Source: Dehalococcoidia bacterium (GTDB taxonomy: Bacteria; Chloroflexota; Dehalococcoidia; SHYB01). From it: DNA of 64,000 nt. This document shows, piece by piece, positions 1 through 10,891 of the stretch (within the stretch, counting starts at the first letter, position 1; every line of letters starts with the position of its first letter). The notes below the pieces were generated by a model, which made no database searches, was not told the DNA's origin, and saw nothing but the letters and a program-made list of their open reading frames with translations. The DNA lies in NCBI GenBank assembly GCA_965220155.1, contig OZ244810.1, positions 626,728-690,727 of the forward strand, read 5' to 3'. Both the position numbers and the translations under genes were made by a program.

Positions 1-1094
1 CCTTCCCGGTCCAGCACCGTCCCGATATCGTGAGGATGGATGTCCTCGATCACGAACGATAAGATACTCGCTTTCTCCTCGGCAGTCCCGATGAGCCGGA
101 CGCCTTCAATGCCGCCTACCTGATCAGTCGCATACTCCAGAAGGCCGTTCTCGTAGGCGGCTATGCCTTCCCACCCGATCCCCGAAAGATAGTCCACCGC
201 CGCCCCTAGTCCCACTACTCCGGCGATGTTGGGCGTCCCAGCCTCGAATTTATAAGGCAACTCGTTGTACAACGTCTTTTCGAAGCTCACCGAGCTGATC
301 ATGTCCCCGCCGCCCTGGTAGGGAGGCATCTTGTCCAGCAGCCTCTCCTTGCCGTAAAGCACCCCGATGCCGGTCGGCCCGAACAACTTGTGACCTGAGA
401 AGGTGTAGAAGTCGCAGTCCAACTCCTGGACATCGACCGGGAGATGACAAGCGGCTTGGGCCCCGTCCAACAGCACTGGGACGTCGCGTTGGTGGGCAAA
501 CTCGATGATGCGGCGGACCGGGTTGATCGTGCCAAGGGCGTTGGACATGTGCACGATGGAGACCAACCGTGTCCGAGGGCCGAGCATTGCCTCAAACTGG
601 CCCATATCAAGCTCGCCGGTATCGGTGACGGGCACGACTCGAAGCTGGGCCCCTGTCTGCTGGCACAGGATCTGCCACGGCACAATATTGGAGTGGTGCT
701 CCATCGCTGAGACGATGATCTCGTCCCCTTCCTTCGCGTTCGTCCGCCCATAACTGTTGGCCACGAGATTGATGCCCTCAGTCGTCCCGCGGACGAACAC
801 AATCTCACAGGTCGAGGCGGCGTTTAAGAACTGCTGGAGCTTTTTGCGAGTTCCCTCATAGGCCTCCGTCGCGACCTCGCTGAGGTAATGGACTCCCCTG
901 TGGACGTTCGAATTCTCCGTCGAGTAGTACCGTTCCAACCGGTCGATGACCGCTTGGGGCTTCTGTGCCGTCGCCGCGTTGTCCAGATAAACGAGCGGCT
1001 TTCCTCGCACCGCGAGGTCGAGGGCCGGGAAGTCGGCCCGGACCGACTGGGGATCGAACGGGAGTGCCGCGGTAGCTTGCCTGTGCAGCGTCAT
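1..1094 (-). CDS. sufS: Cysteine desulfurase SufS (N-terminal about 364 aa; 3' end beyond the window start)
   Basis: Reverse translation from ATG at 1094 gives [27 protein letters not shown]...[23 protein letters not shown]...HRGVHYLS, a class-V aminotransferase / SufS signature. Its ATG overlaps the sufD stop (ATGA). Confidence 0.85.
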   Translation of the reverse strand, partial: MTLHRQATAALPFDPQSVRADFPALDLAVRGKPLVYLDNAATAQKPQAVIDRLERYYSTENSNVHRGVHYLSEVATEAYEGTRKKLQQFLNAASTCEIVFVRGTTEGINLVANSYGRTNAKEGDEIIVSAMEHHSNIVPWQILCQQTGAQLRVVPVTDTGELDMGQFEAMLGPRTRLVSIVHMSNALGTINPVRRIIEFAHQRDVPVLLDGAQAACHLPVDVQELDCDFYTFSGHKLFGPTGIGVLYGKERLLDKMPPYQGGGDMISSVSFEKTLYNELPYKFEAGTPNIAGVVGLGAAVDYLSGIGWEGIAAYENGLLEYATDQVGGIEGVRLIGTAEEKASILSFVIEDIHPHDIGTVLDRE

Positions 1095-2472
1095 CCGGCT
1101 CTCCCCGCTGCCACCGTTTCCGGCCGCTTCCCATCCGCCACGCCGGCGTCGAGTCTGGCGAGCTTTCGGGCAAGGGACCTGCCGGCCCGAGCCTGGAGCG
1201 ACCTCAGCCCAATCCGGTCGATAACCTCCCTGGCGAATGCATGGGCCAGGATGTCGCGCGCCTGGAGCTGATCCAGACCTCGGGCCCTCAGGTAGAAGAG
1301 GGCCTGATCGTCGAGTTTCCCGGCGGTGGCGCCGTGAGTGCAACGCACGTCATCGGCAAAGATCTCAAGATGCGGCTTGGTGTCGACCTCCGCCCCCGCA
1401 GAAAGGACCAGGTTCCGGTTGGCCTGATGGGCGTCGGTCTTCTGGGCGTTGGGCCGAACGAGGACCCGGCCGCTGAACACTGCGTGCGACTGTCCCGCCA
1501 CCAGCCCCTTGTAAAGCTGACGGCTCGACGTATGCGGACTCTGATGGTCAACGAAAGTGGCGTTGTCCACATGCTCTTGCCCGGACGTAACGTAGAGACC
1601 ATCGAGGTCTGCCTCCGCTCCCGGGGCTTCAAGCCTGACGTTCAAGTTGTGACGCAACAGCCGGCCTCCTAGAGAAAGAGAGACCGCCTTGAAACGGCTG
1701 TCGCGCCCCTGGCGCACCTCGGTCCTTCCGACGTGCGACGCGCCGTCCCCTTCCTGGGCAACCCTGTAGTACTTCAGAATCGACCCTTCTCCCAGCACCA
1801 CCTCCGTGACGGCGTTGGTGAAGCTGGGGCCTGGTGCCAGCCTGTGGTAGCTCTCGATAACAGTCGCTTCGGCGCCATCCTCGATAACGATCAGGGCTCT
1901 CGGATGCGTCACCGGGTCTGTTACCGTTCCCGTACTCAGGTGCAATACCTGCAAGGGGGGCTCCGGGGCCATTCCAGCCGGGACAAGCACAAGGGCGCCA
2001 TGATGAATGAAAGCCGTGCTGAGAGCAGTAAACCCATCCCCGTTGAGTTCAGCCAGCGATCCGAGATTCCTCGAAACGCCGTCGGGGTCGCGCTGAAGAG
2101 CTTCCACCAAGTCCGAAACAATGGCGCGAGTTGGGACAGGGTTGGCCGACGACAGGTCTAGAGAGTAGGCCCCGTCGACGAATACAAGCAGGGCCCCGGA
2201 GCCATTCAAGGCGAGGCCCTTGAGCATCGATGCCGAGGGGGTCTCGTTGGCCTCGAAAGGGTAGCGGAACCCGCCTCGGGCAATGCCGGCCACGCTGGTA
2301 TATTTCCACGCCTCGTTCCCGCGGCGTGCGGCGGGAAACCCGACCTCTTGAAACCGGGCGATGGCTTGCTCACGAAGCCGCCGCAGCCAGGGGACGTCCC
2401 CGCGACCCACTTCCTGGTCAAATCGCTGGAAATCGGCCACATAGGGCCCAAGGTCGATGGTGTTCGAGGCCA
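1091..2472 (-). CDS. sufD: Fe-S cluster assembly protein SufD
   Basis: The track ORF 1091..2590 contains [23 protein letters not shown]...[30 protein letters not shown], typical of SufD. Start taken at the internal ATG (MASNT); the upstream part is a TTG-initiated extension. Confidence 0.8.
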
Positions 2473-2489
2473 TGGCAGCGATCAAACCC

Positions 2490-3278
2490 CTAAGGGGCAC
2501 TCCCCGCCCCGACCTCAGTCTGGGCCTTGATCCACTCGTACCCCCTGGCTTCGAGCTCCAGGGCCAGCTTCCGGCCCCCCGACCGTTCAATACGGCCCTC
2601 GATCAACACATGCACGTAGTCGGGCTGGATGTAATTGAGCAGCCGCTGGTAGTGGGTCACGATGAGGGTCGCGTTGTCGTCCCGGCGCAGCGCCTCGACC
2701 CCAGAGGCCACGGTCTTGAGCGCATCGATGTCGAGCCCCGAGTCCGTCTCATCCAGAATGCCGAGCGACGGCTCGATCAGGGCCATCTGGAGAACTTCGT
2801 TCCGTTTCTTCTCCCCGCCGGAGAACCCCTCGTTTACTGACCGGCTAGTCAGCCCAGTCTTCATATTCATGAGTTTCATCTTTTCGCGCAGCACCTTATC
2901 AAAGTCCCTGAAGCTCAGCTCCTCCTGCCCCCGGTGTGTCCTTATGGCGTTTAGACTGGCCCGCAGGAAGTGGGAGTTCCGCACCCCTGGCAGCTCGATG
3001 GGGTACTGGAACGCCAGGAACACGCCCTCTCGCGCCCGTGCATCAGGAGGCAAGGCCAAGAGGTTGGCCCCTTTGTATTGGACCTCGCCACCGGTGACAA
3101 GGTAGGAGGGGTGGCCCGCCAGGACCATCGCAAGGGTACTCTTTCCGGACCCGTTGGGGCCCATGAGGGCATGGATCTGCCCCTCGTGGACCGTCAGGTC
3201 GACACCTTGGAGGATTTCCTTGCCGTCTACTGAGGCTCGCAGGCCGGAGATTGCCAGCAGCGGGGGTTTCTTCCCCAT
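2490..3278 (-). CDS. sufC: Fe-S cluster assembly ATPase SufC
   Basis: MGKKPPLLAISGLRASVDGKEILQGVDLTVHEGQIHALMGPNGSGKSTL... with Walker A and ABC signature. Start set at the internal M of track ORF 2490..3347. Confidence 0.85.
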   Translation of the reverse strand: MGKKPPLLAISGLRASVDGKEILQGVDLTVHEGQIHALMGPNGSGKSTLAMVLAGHPSYLVTGGEVQYKGANLLALPPDARAREGVFLAFQYPIELPGVRNSHFLRASLNAIRTHRGQEELSFRDFDKVLREKMKLMNMKTGLTSRSVNEGFSGGEKKRNEVLQMALIEPSLGILDETDSGLDIDALKTVASGVEALRRDDNATLIVTHYQRLLNYIQPDYVHVLIEGRIERSGGRKLALELEARGYEWIKAQTEVGAGSAP

Positions 3279-3283
3279 CTCGA

Positions 3284-4732
3284 TTAACCGACGCTCCCTT
3301 CGAGGCTGACCTGGAGCAGCTTTGACGCCTCCACTGCGAACTCCCATGGCAGCTCTTTGAAGACCTCTTTACAGAAGCCGTTGACGATCATCTGGTGCGC
3401 TTCTTCGGGCGAAATTCCCCGCTGCATGCAGTAGAAGAGCTGGTCGTCGCTTACCTTGGATGTTGACGCCTCGTGCTCGACGCTGCTGTCCGCGTTCTTG
3501 ACTTCGATATAGGGCACGGTATGCGCGCCGCTGGTGTCCGTCAGGAGAAGCGAGTCGCACTGGGTGTAGTTCCTGGCGCCAGCAGCGGTGGGCTGGACCT
3601 TCACCAGTCCCCTATAGGTATTGCTGCCATGGCCGGAGGAGATGCCCTTGGAGATGATGGTGCTCTTGCTATTCTTGCCTAGGTGCACCATCTTGGTCCC
3701 CGTGTCAGCTTGCTGCCGGTTGTTGACGACAGCCACTGAGTAGAACGCGCCGACCGAATCGTCCCCTTGGAGAATGACGCTAGGGTATTTCCACGTAATA
3801 GACGACCCCGTCTCTACCTGCGTCCACGAGATCTTCGACCGAGGCCCTGCGCACTTGCCCCTCTTTGTCACGAAGTTGAACACGCCTCCCCGGCCATCTT
3901 TGTCCCCCGGGTACCAGTTCTGGAGCGTCGAATACTTGATCTCCGCACCTTCGAGGGCCACCAATTCGACGACCGCCGCGTGGAGTTGATGACTTTTCCG
4001 TACTGGTGCAGTGCAGCCCTCGAGGTAACTCACATAGGAGCCCTCATCCGCCACAATGAGCGTGCGCTCGAACTGCCCGGACCCCTCGCTGTTGATTCGG
4101 AAGTAGGTCATCAGCTCGACTGGGCAACGGACCCCCTTTGGGATGTAAGCAAAGGACCCATCGCTGAAGACCGCGGAGTTCAGGGTTGCGTAGAAGTTGT
4201 CGGTGTACGGTACAACCGAGCCCAGGTACCTCCGCACAAGGTCCGGGTGCTTCTGGACCGCCTCGGTCAAGGAGCAGAAGATGACTCCTTCTTTTTGCAG
4301 GTTCTCCTGGTAGGTGGTGCCGACGGAGACACTGTCGAAAACAGCGTCGACTGCGACTCCAGCCAGCCGCTTCTGCTCTTCGAGAGGGACCCCCAGCTTT
4401 TCGAACGCAGCCAGAATCTCGGGGTCAACCTCTTCCAGGCTCTTCGGGGCTTCCCCCTTGATAGGCGAGGCGTAGTAGATGATGTCCTGGAAATCGATGG
4501 GTGGAAAGGTGACGTTCTGCCATGAAGGCTGCTCGCCCTGGACCTTGAGCCAATGGCGAAAGGCCTTGAGCCGCCACTCCAGCATGAAATCCGGTTCGCT
4601 CTTCTTGGACCAGATAAGCCGGACTGTGTCCTCGTTCAACCCTTTTGGGACCGCGTCCGAGTCGATCTCTGTAACCCAGCCGTGTTTGTATTCGGAGCTG
4701 GGGAGGGCAGGGGAAGTAGTCATCTTGGCCAT
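3284..4732 (-). CDS. sufB: Fe-S cluster assembly protein SufB
   Basis: 482-aa [44 protein letters not shown]..., the SufB family. Confidence 0.9.
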   Translation of the reverse strand: MAKMTTSPALPSSEYKHGWVTEIDSDAVPKGLNEDTVRLIWSKKSEPDFMLEWRLKAFRHWLKVQGEQPSWQNVTFPPIDFQDIIYYASPIKGEAPKSLEEVDPEILAAFEKLGVPLEEQKRLAGVAVDAVFDSVSVGTTYQENLQKEGVIFCSLTEAVQKHPDLVRRYLGSVVPYTDNFYATLNSAVFSDGSFAYIPKGVRCPVELMTYFRINSEGSGQFERTLIVADEGSYVSYLEGCTAPVRKSHQLHAAVVELVALEGAEIKYSTLQNWYPGDKDGRGGVFNFVTKRGKCAGPRSKISWTQVETGSSITWKYPSVILQGDDSVGAFYSVAVVNNRQQADTGTKMVHLGKNSKSTIISKGISSGHGSNTYRGLVKVQPTAAGARNYTQCDSLLLTDTSGAHTVPYIEVKNADSSVEHEASTSKVSDDQLFYCMQRGISPEEAHQMIVNGFCKEVFKELPWEFAVEASKLLQVSLEGSVG

Positions 4733-4770
4733 TTGTCTACAAAATCGATCGACTTAGTCGGTCTTTCCTC

Positions 4771-4800
4771 AGTATATGAATCCGCCACGGACCCTGTCAA
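4771..4800 (-). promoter_or_regulatory. Candidate sigma70-type promoter for the suf operon (-35 TTGACA, 18-nt spacer, -10 TATACT on the minus strand)
   Basis: Reverse complement of 4771..4800 reads TTGACAGGGTCCGTGGCGGATTCATATACT. The leader contains a GTCGATCGAT palindrome. A GGGGGCGCTGCAGCGCCCCC hairpin lies upstream. Confidence 0.3.
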
Positions 4801-4898
4801 ACAGGTTCGCGGCGACAGCCGGCCCCCGCTCGAACGCTGGTGGCGCCAAGCGGGGGCGCTGCAGCGCCCCCGGCAAGGCAACGTCTTTGCAGAGTCAG

Positions 4899-5282
4899 CT
4901 ACCAGTGCCACACAGAGTCATGGCTGTCCCAGAGGCCAGCCATGCCCTTGTTATCCACGACTTGAACGCCCTCGATGAGACCGCCCTTATCGATGCCCCG
5001 GGCTGCGAGGTCGTCCGAAACCGCGTAGACCTGGACCCCCTTGCCCATCAGCTCCTCCAGGTCTTTGTCGATGGTGGGAGGGACTCTCAGCGGGACCCCT
5101 CCTATGACAAGGCCACTGGCGTCCTGCCCTGGCAGGGCATAGTTCACCGCGTTTCCGCGAAGCAAGACCGACACGTCTGCCCCGGCATTCTTCACCGCTG
5201 CCGTGATCCACAATACGGTGTCATCCTGCTCTTCGATCGTCCCATGGTAGGCCCGCTCCACGATTGTGAGGATTTTGCCCAT
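4899..5282 (-). CDS. DsrE/DsrF/DsrH (TusBCD)-family sulfur relay protein, 127 aa
   Basis: MGKILTIVERAYHGTIEEQDDTVLWITAAVKNAGADVSVLLRGNAVNYAL...VYAVSDDLAARGI, a DsrE-like fold pattern. Start at the internal ATG of track ORF 4899..5381. Confidence 0.65.
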   Translation of the reverse strand: MGKILTIVERAYHGTIEEQDDTVLWITAAVKNAGADVSVLLRGNAVNYALPGQDASGLVIGGVPLRVPPTIDKDLEELMGKGVQVYAVSDDLAARGIDKGGLIEGVQVVDNKGMAGLWDSHDSVWHW

Positions 5283-5290
5283 GCTCGCTC

Positions 5291-5689
5291 CTACCGCGTC
5301 CCAATGATGAGCGTGTTGGCGCTCTCTTGCGACCACTTGAAGAGGTCCGCTGGTCCGCCCCTCCTGGGGCCGTCGATCCATGACCCGGAACCTCGTTCAT
5401 CGACACACAACCCGCAGTTGATCCAGTCGAGCTTGCCGTCGGCCATCTTAAACAGGCCGTCGATGAACTTGGACGTCGTGGGGTGGTCCTGCTGGTCGAC
5501 GTCTGTCCCTTTCACTGGGTTCGGGTGCGGCGCCTGCTCTTTCATGGTCATGTTCACCGCCCCCTCATACGCGAAGACGTTGACATTGTGCCCCTTCCGG
5601 AGGGCAGCATCGACGATCCTCATAACCGTCGTCGTCGTCTCCGACTCGTATGGAGGGTCCATAACCGCCATGGTAATGGTCTTGGTCAT
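5291..5689 (-). CDS. DsrE/TusD-like sulfur relay protein, 132 aa
   Basis: MTKTITMAVMDPPYESETTTTVMRIVDAALRKGHNVNVFAYEGAVN...INCGLCVDERG with a conserved Cys region like DsrE/TusD. Start at the internal ATG of ORF 5291..6082. Confidence 0.7.
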   Translation of the reverse strand: MTKTITMAVMDPPYESETTTTVMRIVDAALRKGHNVNVFAYEGAVNMTMKEQAPHPNPVKGTDVDQQDHPTTSKFIDGLFKMADGKLDWINCGLCVDERGSGSWIDGPRRGGPADLFKWSQESANTLIIGTR

Positions 5690-5724
5690 CGCTGGTCGCT
5701 CCTTAGCTCTACTTTGGGCCCGGA

Positions 5725-6054
5725 TCAATGCCAGACGGGCTTGATGTCGTCCTCGGCTAGCATATCTACCAGGTGATCGACGTTGCTGACCTTGACCCCG
5801 GAAAGCAGTGAGCCCAGCGCGATGGCCCGCTCCTTGAGGCAGAAATCGTCGGCCAGCACGTTCACCTTCCCACCAGTCAGGAGCCCTTGTACAGGGCTTT
5901 CCGTCCCCTGTCGGGCCATTAGCACCCCGTTTTGCAACAGGAAGAGGTTGACGTCGTTCCCTGCAGCCGCAAGGTCGCCTGCCAGGCCACACAGATAAGA
6001 AACATCCCCATATTCGAAGGGGTCTCGGGACTCGATCAACAGATACTTCGCCAT
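5725..6054 (-). CDS. DsrH/TusB-like sulfur relay protein, 109 aa
   Basis: MAKYLLIESRDPFEYGD...NLFLLQNGVLMARQG...KVNVLADDFCLKERAI matches the DsrH/TusB pattern (LLQDGV...VYVL.EDL.ARG). Start at the internal ATG of ORF 5725..6108. Confidence 0.6.
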   Translation of the reverse strand: MAKYLLIESRDPFEYGDVSYLCGLAGDLAAAGNDVNLFLLQNGVLMARQGTESPVQGLLTGGKVNVLADDFCLKERAIALGSLLSGVKVSNVDHLVDMLAEDDIKPVWH

Positions 6055-6212
6055 GGCACCTCCATTCCCATCGCGAGGCCACCGCTTCGGCCTACGGGTG
6101 CGCACCAAACACGAGCCTCGCCTAACCTCTCGCAGCAGCAGTTAACAGGGTACCACGAGGATGCTGAAGAATCAGCGTCAAGAAGATCGGACTAGGGCGG
6201 TCCCCCATTTCG

Positions 6213-6251
6213 TTAACACTCCATTAACACCGCGTTAAGCGTCCCTTAAAG
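6213..6251 (+). promoter_or_regulatory. Pho box: four direct repeats TTAACA / TTAACA / TTAAGC / TTAAAG at exact 11-bp phasing, immediately upstream of the pstS-like gene
   Basis: Sequence cgTTAACActccaTTAACAccgcgTTAAGCgtcccTTAAAGg, repeats starting near 6213, 6224, 6235 and 6246. PhoB/PhoP-type sites are direct repeats with 11-bp periodicity. A further TTAACA lies about 50 bp upstream. Confidence 0.5.
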
Positions 6252-6275
6252 GCCGTGATTCAGAGTGGGGGCAGC

Positions 6276-6860
6276 ATGACGCCAAGGGCCAACCTCGCCA
6301 GACCACGGGCACCCGCGCGTCGCATTCCTTGGATGCCTTGGCTGGCCGTGACCGTCACCGCCGCTGTCGCAGCAGGTACTCGCACTCCCGAAGGCACCGG
6401 GGGCGGCTTCAAGCGCTTCTGCTCGGGGGGGACGAACCTTTCCAGCGCCTCCCCCCGCTCCATCAAAGAGTACGAGAAGCGAGAATGCCGGCAGGCCGGG
6501 CTTGAGCACACGGAGTTTGGGGTCGCTATTGATGGGGTCTCGATTCTGGTTGACCCCAAGACCCGATTCGTGGACTTTCCGGCCACCGATGAATTGATGC
6601 GCATCCGGGCGCCGGGCTCCAAGGCTGCTTCCCCGTCGGAGGAGACCATCATTAGCGGGACCTACAGTCCGCCTTCCAGACCACTATACGTTTGTGCAAG
6701 CAACAGATCGTTGCGGGAAACGCCGGCCATTCTGGAGTTTGTCAGGTTGTACCTGGAAGGAGCAGGAGTCCTCTCGACCCGAGTCGGCTGTGCGGCCCCT
6801 TCAGACTCGTCCTACGTGAGCCGGCTGGAGCGGCTCGACGAGATAGCGGGCATGCCGTGA
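6276..6860 (+). CDS. pstS: PstS-family phosphate-binding protein homolog, abnormally short (194 aa; likely degenerate or pseudogene)
   Basis: Contains [38 protein letters not shown]...[13 protein letters not shown] and the C-terminal [14 protein letters not shown] motif of PstS (TIGR02136-like). It lacks the signal peptide / first strand and about 125 aa of the central domain relative to typical 300-340-aa PstS. Confidence 0.55.
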   Translation: MTPRANLARPRAPARRIPWMPWLAVTVTAAVAAGTRTPEGTGGGFKRFCSGGTNLSSASPRSIKEYEKRECRQAGLEHTEFGVAIDGVSILVDPKTRFVDFPATDELMRIRAPGSKAASPSEETIISGTYSPPSRPLYVCASNRSLRETPAILEFVRLYLEGAGVLSTRVGCAAPSDSSYVSRLERLDEIAGMP

Positions 6861-7807
6861 CGCTTGCGGAGCGGCCTTCGGACGAGAGCGGCCCGGGAGG
6901 GATCCCTCGGCGCCGCACCGGTCCCAGGGCGGAGGAATGGCTGGTCTCGAAGGGGCTCCTGATCGTCGCCATGGTCTCCGTGTTGACCACGGTTGGGATC
7001 GTGGTCTCTCTGTTGACCGAGGCCGTCTCCTTTTTCCGGGAGATTCCACTGTCGGAGTTCTTCGGGGATACGAGGTGGGCGCCCACCTTCGAGCCTCAGC
7101 ACTTCGGCATCTGGCCCCTGGTATCGGGGACGCTTCTCATCACAGCCATCGCCGCGGCCGTAGCGATCCCAGTGGGACTCGGTGCCGCGATTTTCTTGAG
7201 CGAATACGCTCCGGACAAGCTGCGCAGGACCCTGAAACCGATCCTCGAGGTCCTAGCGGGCGTGCCGACGGTCGTCTACGGCTTCTTTGCGCTGACGTTC
7301 GTTACGCCCACGATCATCCGTAACCTGCCGGGACCCTTCGCCGATGCCGATATCTTCAACGCTCTCAGCGCTGGGGTCGTGGTGGGCATCATGATCATTC
7401 CAATGATCGCTTCGCTCAGCGAAGACGCGATGACCGCGGTGCCGAAGTCGTTGCGAGAAGGGGCCTATGCCCTGGGCGCAACCCGGTTCGAGGTAGCTAG
7501 CAAGGTGGTGGTACCAGCCGCTTTCTCTGGGATAGTGGCCTCGTTCATCCTGGCAATATCCAGGGCCATCGGTGAAACCATGATCGTCACTCTTGCGGCG
7601 GGCGCGACTCCAAAGCTGACGGCGAATCCACTTGAGAGTATCCAGACGATGACTGCCTACATCGTCCAGATCAGCCTCGGCGAAACGCCTTTCGGCTCGA
7701 TCGAGTACAAGACCATTTTCGCCGTGGGCCTCGTCCTGTTCATCATCACGCTGGGGATGAACATCCTGGGGCATTGGATCGTCAGGCGCATTCGGGAGGC
7801 CTACTGA
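6857..7807 (+). CDS. pstC: Phosphate ABC transporter permease PstC
   Basis: TM-rich ORF with ...[37 protein letters not shown]...[15 protein letters not shown] start overlaps the pstS stop (GTGA). Start uncertain within track ORF 6692..7807. Confidence 0.75.
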   Translation: MTLAERPSDESGPGGIPRRRTGPRAEEWLVSKGLLIVAMVSVLTTVGIVVSLLTEAVSFFREIPLSEFFGDTRWAPTFEPQHFGIWPLVSGTLLITAIAAAVAIPVGLGAAIFLSEYAPDKLRRTLKPILEVLAGVPTVVYGFFALTFVTPTIIRNLPGPFADADIFNALSAGVVVGIMIIPMIASLSEDAMTAVPKSLREGAYALGATRFEVASKVVVPAAFSGIVASFILAISRAIGETMIVTLAAGATPKLTANPLESIQTMTAYIVQISLGETPFGSIEYKTIFAVGLVLFIITLGMNILGHWIVRRIREAY

Positions 7808-8718
7808 TGCTGCGGTCATCAGTCGAGGGGGCTGCAGGATCGCGCCCCTTTGGCAGGTGGCGGGAGATCAGGTCTCGGCTCTATCCCGTTGTATTCGCTC
7901 TGGCAACCCTCGTGGGGATCGTGGTCTTGCTGACGTTGCTGGTCCAGATATCCATCTCAGGGATCCCCCAGCTCGACTGGGGTTTCATCACCAGCTTCCC
8001 CTCCAGGTTTGCCGAGCGCGCGGGGCTCCTCAGCGCATTAATGGGCACGATCTGGGTCATGGGCTTTACGGCGCTCTTTTCATTCCCGATGGGGATCGGC
8101 ACTGCTATCTATCTCGAGGAGTACGCGCCGAAGAACTGGGTAACCGGTATCATCCAGACTAATATCTCCAACTTGGCCGGCGTGCCATCCATCGTCTATG
8201 GTCTGCTAGGCCTCACAGTCTTCGTCCGCTGGTTCGCCCTCGACCGAAGCGTCCTGGCAGGCGCGTTGACCATGACGCTGCTCATCCTTCCAATTACGAT
8301 CATTGCATCTCGAGAGGCCATCAGGGCCGTCCCCGGTTCTCTGAGGGAGGCGTCGTTTGCCCTGGGCGCCACGAGGACGCAAACGGTGAGGAGAGTCATC
8401 CTCCCGTCCGCGCTGCCGGGCATCTTGACCGGGACCATCTTGTCGATGTCTCGGGCTATCGGCGAGACCGCGCCTCTCATCATGATGGGAGCGCTGACCT
8501 ATATCGCCTTCGTTCCGGGGAGTAACGGAATCCAGAACGCCCCGTTGGACCCTTTCACAGTACTACCGATCCAGATCTTCAATTGGGCCTCCAGGCCCCA
8601 GCGAGAGTTCCAGGACCTCGCCGCCACGGGGATCGTTGTGCTGCTTATCGTATTGCTGCTCATGAACGCAACGGCCGTCCTCCTGCGCGACCGATTCCAG
8701 AAGAAGTCACAGGGATAA
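7807..8718 (+). CDS. pstA: Phosphate ABC transporter permease PstA
   Basis: ATG overlaps the pstC stop (TGATG). ...[31 protein letters not shown]...[13 protein letters not shown]. Confidence 0.85.
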   Translation: MLRSSVEGAAGSRPFGRWREIRSRLYPVVFALATLVGIVVLLTLLVQISISGIPQLDWGFITSFPSRFAERAGLLSALMGTIWVMGFTALFSFPMGIGTAIYLEEYAPKNWVTGIIQTNISNLAGVPSIVYGLLGLTVFVRWFALDRSVLAGALTMTLLILPITIIASREAIRAVPGSLREASFALGATRTQTVRRVILPSALPGILTGTILSMSRAIGETAPLIMMGALTYIAFVPGSNGIQNAPLDPFTVLPIQIFNWASRPQREFQDLAATGIVVLLIVLLLMNATAVLLRDRFQKKSQG

Positions 8719-8750
8719 CCCCGAGATTACGACCCGCAAAGGAAGCTATA

Positions 8751-9638
8751 ATGTGCCCCATCGAAACCAAGACGCAGGCACCCGATATCTCCGTTTCTCT
8801 TGAGCCTCAGAGCGATCTCCTGGCCCAGCCCAGCCCGATCGTACCTGATGGGCCCGATGGGCTCGGTGGTGAAACCGGGGCCCTTCAAACCCAGGGATTG
8901 GGCCTGTTCTACTCCAGTCACCACGCTCTCGCGGACATCACGATGAAGGTCCCTGTCCGGAAGATCACCGCGATCATCGGCCCGTCTGGGTGCGGAAAAA
9001 GCTCCTTGCTTCGCTGCTTCAACAGGATGAACGAACTGATACCCAACGTTCGCCTGGAAGGAAAAGTCCTCTTCCACGGCCAGGACCTCTACAGCCCCGA
9101 CGTCGATTCGACCGACGTGCGGCTTCGGGTGGGAATGGTGTTCCAAAAGCCGAATCCCTTCCCTAAGTCCGTTTACGAGAATGTCGCCTTCGGAGCGAGG
9201 ATCAACGGCTTCCGCGGGTCGATGGATGAGCTGGTGGAGCGCTCGCTAGTACAGGCCGCGTTGTGGGACGAAGTGAAGGACCGGCTGAAGAAGAGCGCTT
9301 ATGAGCTGTCGGGCGGCCAGCAGCAGCGCCTGTGCATCGCCCGTGCGTTAGCAGTGGCGCCAGAGGTTATCCTGATGGATGAGCCGGCGTCAGCCCTCGA
9401 TCCACTGGCCACCCTGAAGATCGAAGACCTCATGTACGAGCTGGTCCAAAACTACACTATCGTGATCGTGACCCACAACATGCAGCAGGCGGCCCGTGTT
9501 TCCCACTTCACGGCCTTCGTGACCACCGATGGCGGAGGTGCTCCTGGCAGGCTGATAGAATTCGACTCCAAGGATGTCATCTTTACAAATCCCAAGGACC
9601 AGAGGACTCAGGACTACGTGACCGGCAGGTTCGGATAA
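8751..9638 (+). CDS. pstB: Phosphate ABC transporter ATP-binding protein PstB
   Basis: ...[43 protein letters not shown]...[17 protein letters not shown]... Confidence 0.9.
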   Translation: MCPIETKTQAPDISVSLEPQSDLLAQPSPIVPDGPDGLGGETGALQTQGLGLFYSSHHALADITMKVPVRKITAIIGPSGCGKSSLLRCFNRMNELIPNVRLEGKVLFHGQDLYSPDVDSTDVRLRVGMVFQKPNPFPKSVYENVAFGARINGFRGSMDELVERSLVQAALWDEVKDRLKKSAYELSGGQQQRLCIARALAVAPEVILMDEPASALDPLATLKIEDLMYELVQNYTIVIVTHNMQQAARVSHFTAFVTTDGGGAPGRLIEFDSKDVIFTNPKDQRTQDYVTGRFG

Positions 9639-9641
9639 ACC

Positions 9642-10310
9642 ATGACGACCAGGAGAGGTTTCGAGGCCGAGCTTCGCGAGCTTCAGGACAGCGTCCTGGA
9701 GCTGGGGAGCATGGTCGAAAAAGCAGTGAACAGGGCCATCGACGCACTCAAGCGCAGGGACGTCACTCAGTCCCAGCGAGTAATCGACGAAGACATCCAG
9801 ATTAACCACAAGCGCTTCGAGATCGAAGAGACTTGTCTGCGGCTTCTGGCGACGCAGCAGCCCATGGCCAGCGACCTGAGGACCATTGTATCGGTCCTAC
9901 ACATTACTGTGGACCTGGAGCGAATGGGCGACTACGCGGAAGGCATCGGTAAGGTAGGTGTGCTGATCGGCGATGAGCCGCTGATCAAGCCGCTGGTAGA
10001 CATTCCACGTATGGCGGAGCTTGCGCTCAGCATGCTGCGGCGCAGCCTCGACTCCTTCATCAATAAGGATATCGAGGCCGCAAAGCAGGTCTGCCGGGAT
10101 GATGACCTGGTAGACGCCCTCCACGAGCAAGTGTACCGGGAGCTCCTCACCTACATGCTTCAGGACCCCAGGAGCATCAACCAGGCTACATATTTGACCT
10201 GGGTTGGGCACAACCTGGAGAGGATCGCGGACCGGTCCACAAACATCTGCGAGCGAGTGGTCTTCACCGCGACGGGCAAGATGGAAGAAATCGGCGCGTC
10301 CAAGTACTAG
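9642..10310 (+). CDS. phoU: Phosphate signalling complex protein PhoU
   Basis: 222 aa, MTTRRGFEAELRELQDSVLELGSMVEKAVNRAIDALKRRDV...DLERMGDYAEGI, the PhoU duplicated 3-helix motif. Confidence 0.9.
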   Translation: MTTRRGFEAELRELQDSVLELGSMVEKAVNRAIDALKRRDVTQSQRVIDEDIQINHKRFEIEETCLRLLATQQPMASDLRTIVSVLHITVDLERMGDYAEGIGKVGVLIGDEPLIKPLVDIPRMAELALSMLRRSLDSFINKDIEAAKQVCRDDDLVDALHEQVYRELLTYMLQDPRSINQATYLTWVGHNLERIADRSTNICERVVFTATGKMEEIGASKY

Positions 10311-10334
10311 GCCCGTGTCACCGAAGAGCTTCTC

Positions 10335-10604
10335 CTAGCCCCCCGTCGCGACACTGAGGCAAGTGACCGTCCGGGCAACGCCCGGCACCGAGTGGACCAC
10401 TTCGCTGACGACCTTGTGGATGTCATTGGGGCCTTCCCCATCCACGATGGCGATGAGGTCGTAAGGGCCCGTGATGAGATAAGCCTCTCTGACGACCTGC
10501 TTGGTCCGCAGCGCTTGGACGACCCCGCGGGAGGCCCCGACGGTCGCCTCGATCAATATGTACGCCCGAGTAGCCAAGTGACCTCCACGCGCCTCCGAGG
10601 ACAA
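10335..10604 (-). CDS. Stand-alone Lrp/AsnC-type ligand-binding (RAM) domain protein
   Basis: 89-aa ORF ...ATRAYILIEATVGASRGVVQALRT...AYLITGPYDLIAIVDGEGPNDIHKVV, typical AsnC C-terminal domain pattern. Start may be a few codons downstream. Confidence 0.5.
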   Translation of the reverse strand: MSSEARGGHLATRAYILIEATVGASRGVVQALRTKQVVREAYLITGPYDLIAIVDGEGPNDIHKVVSEVVHSVPGVARTVTCLSVATGG

Positions 10605-10891
10605 TTATAGTACCTACGGGCCGCCTCTCCGCTCTGGGTTGACTCATCAGGCAGCGGATATTCGTTGCTGGCCCTTCCCCTCGAACCGCAGATTCGACGC
10701 ATAGCGGCCAATAACACGGACCCCTTGGTCAAGACCTCTGTCCCATGGTCGCTCCCGCGGCAGCAGCCTGGGCCACCCCCAAAACCGCCGGCAACTCACC
10801 CCTCTCCCTTATGTAGTGAACGAGTACAGTCCGTTGCCCGTCGAGAAATCGCCACGGTATACTTACTCAGAAGCGCATCTGTCGGACGATC

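Noticed and set aside
6109-6212. Additional upstream pstS exon or N-terminus in another frame
   Set aside because: No PstS-like peptide appears in any frame upstream of the Pho box. The region is promoter DNA for the divergent dsrH-like gene.
10605-10891. Possible T-box leader upstream of thrS (GGGCCACCCCCAAAACCGCCGG resembles a T-box)
   Set aside because: It lacks the AGGGTGGNACCGCG core, and there is no terminator/antiterminator pair.
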